Part shown: piece after piece, positions 63,453-64,000 of the stretch
Layout of the letters: each line of letters begins with the position of its first letter
How positions within the stretch are numbered: position 1 is the stretch's first letter
Program-made: the position numbers and the translations under genes
Notes under the pieces: model-generated
What the model was told of the DNA's origin: nothing
Database searches by the model: none
What the model saw: only the letters and a program-made list of their open reading frames with translations
DNA from: an uncultured Pseudomonadota bacterium
Lineage (GTDB): Bacteria > Myxococcota_A > Polyangia > Fen-1088
Reading direction: 5' to 3'
Assembly (NCBI GenBank): GCA_963847705.1
Contig: CAWKBC010000032.1
Coordinates: 224,001 to 288,000, forward strand
Length of the DNA stretch: 64,000 bases

Positions 63453-64000
63453 CTACTTTCCGAGGCGCTGAAGCGCCTCCAGCACCGCGAGGTTGAAGGG
63501 GTTCAGCCGCAGGGCTTCTTGCCAGGCTTCCCGCGCCAGGTTCTTGTTGCCGAGGCGCTCGTAAAGGGACCCCTTCATCGAGAGGATGTGCTCGTCTTCG
63601 GGGTACTGCCTCTCGAGATCGACCAGCTCCACCAGCCCCAGCTCGTAATGGCGCGTGCGATAGAGATCCTTCACCCGCGCCAGCGTCAGCAGATAGCTCG
63701 CCTTCGCCGCAGGCGGCGTCCCGGCCGCGCCCGGGACCTTGTCGCCCGGCCGCGCGGTCCTCTGTGCCAGACTCCGGTTGGCGTCGCGGTCGGTCGGATG
63801 GGCCGCCCCCTCGTCGACCGCGTCGTCCGGGCCGGGAGCATCGCTCTTGGCGCGCTCGGCGGCCGCCATGTTGTCGGCCATGATCTCGCGATCGGCGGCG
63901 GTCGCCGTGGCCATGTCGATGGACATGGGCGCCGCCGGCTTCCCGCTGAGTGGAACCTTGACCTCGTAGGCGGTCGCGATCTCCGGGAGCTGAATCTCCC
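63453..64000 (-). CDS. TPR-containing protein; 5' end lies outside the window
   Basis: Frame open to the window edge; LSMKGSLYERLG..NLAREAWQEALRLNP. Confidence 0.75.
   Translation of the reverse strand, partial: EIQLPEIATAYEVKVPLSGKPAAPMSIDMATATAADREIMADNMAAAERAKSDAPGPDDAVDEGAAHPTDRDANRSLAQRTARPGDKVPGAAGTPPAAKASYLLTLARVKDLYRTRHYELGLVELVDLERQYPEDEHILSMKGSLYERLGNKNLAREAWQEALRLNPFNLAVLEALQRLGK

Overview
High-GC (about 70% by eye) bacterial DNA that looks myxobacterial (Myxococcota/Polyangia-like). The indicators are MYXO-CTERM-type sorting tails, many Gly/Thr-linker lipoproteins, DUF1552/DUF1592 and DUF1501 gene pairs and a poly-HAMP hybrid kinase. No rRNA, tRNA, CRISPR array or intact transposase was recognised. 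Three loci stand out. (1) At 58.4-64 kb (- strand) a tightly coupled operon encodes MotA and MotB plus one protein that appears to fuse a FliF-like ring domain and TM helix to a full FliG. It also carries TPR, vWA-like lipoprotein and AgmX/TonB-C-like genes but no other flagellar genes, so it is a candidate minimal non-flagellar rotary motor. (2) At 44.6-50.6 kb (- strand) a RiPP-like operon encodes a 60-aa three-Cys precursor, radical SAM/SPASM enzyme, PqqD/RRE, HPr-kinase-like protein and S26-like peptidase, headed by a MYXO-CTERM-anchored C25 (gingipain-family) peptidase. (3) The divergent 1335-aa gene at 50650 has an internal MYXO-CTERM fused to a second signal peptide and seems to carry one domain split and circularly permuted. 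Family assignments come from motif recognition by eye, not database searches. Start codons were refined manually where the ORF track over-extends.
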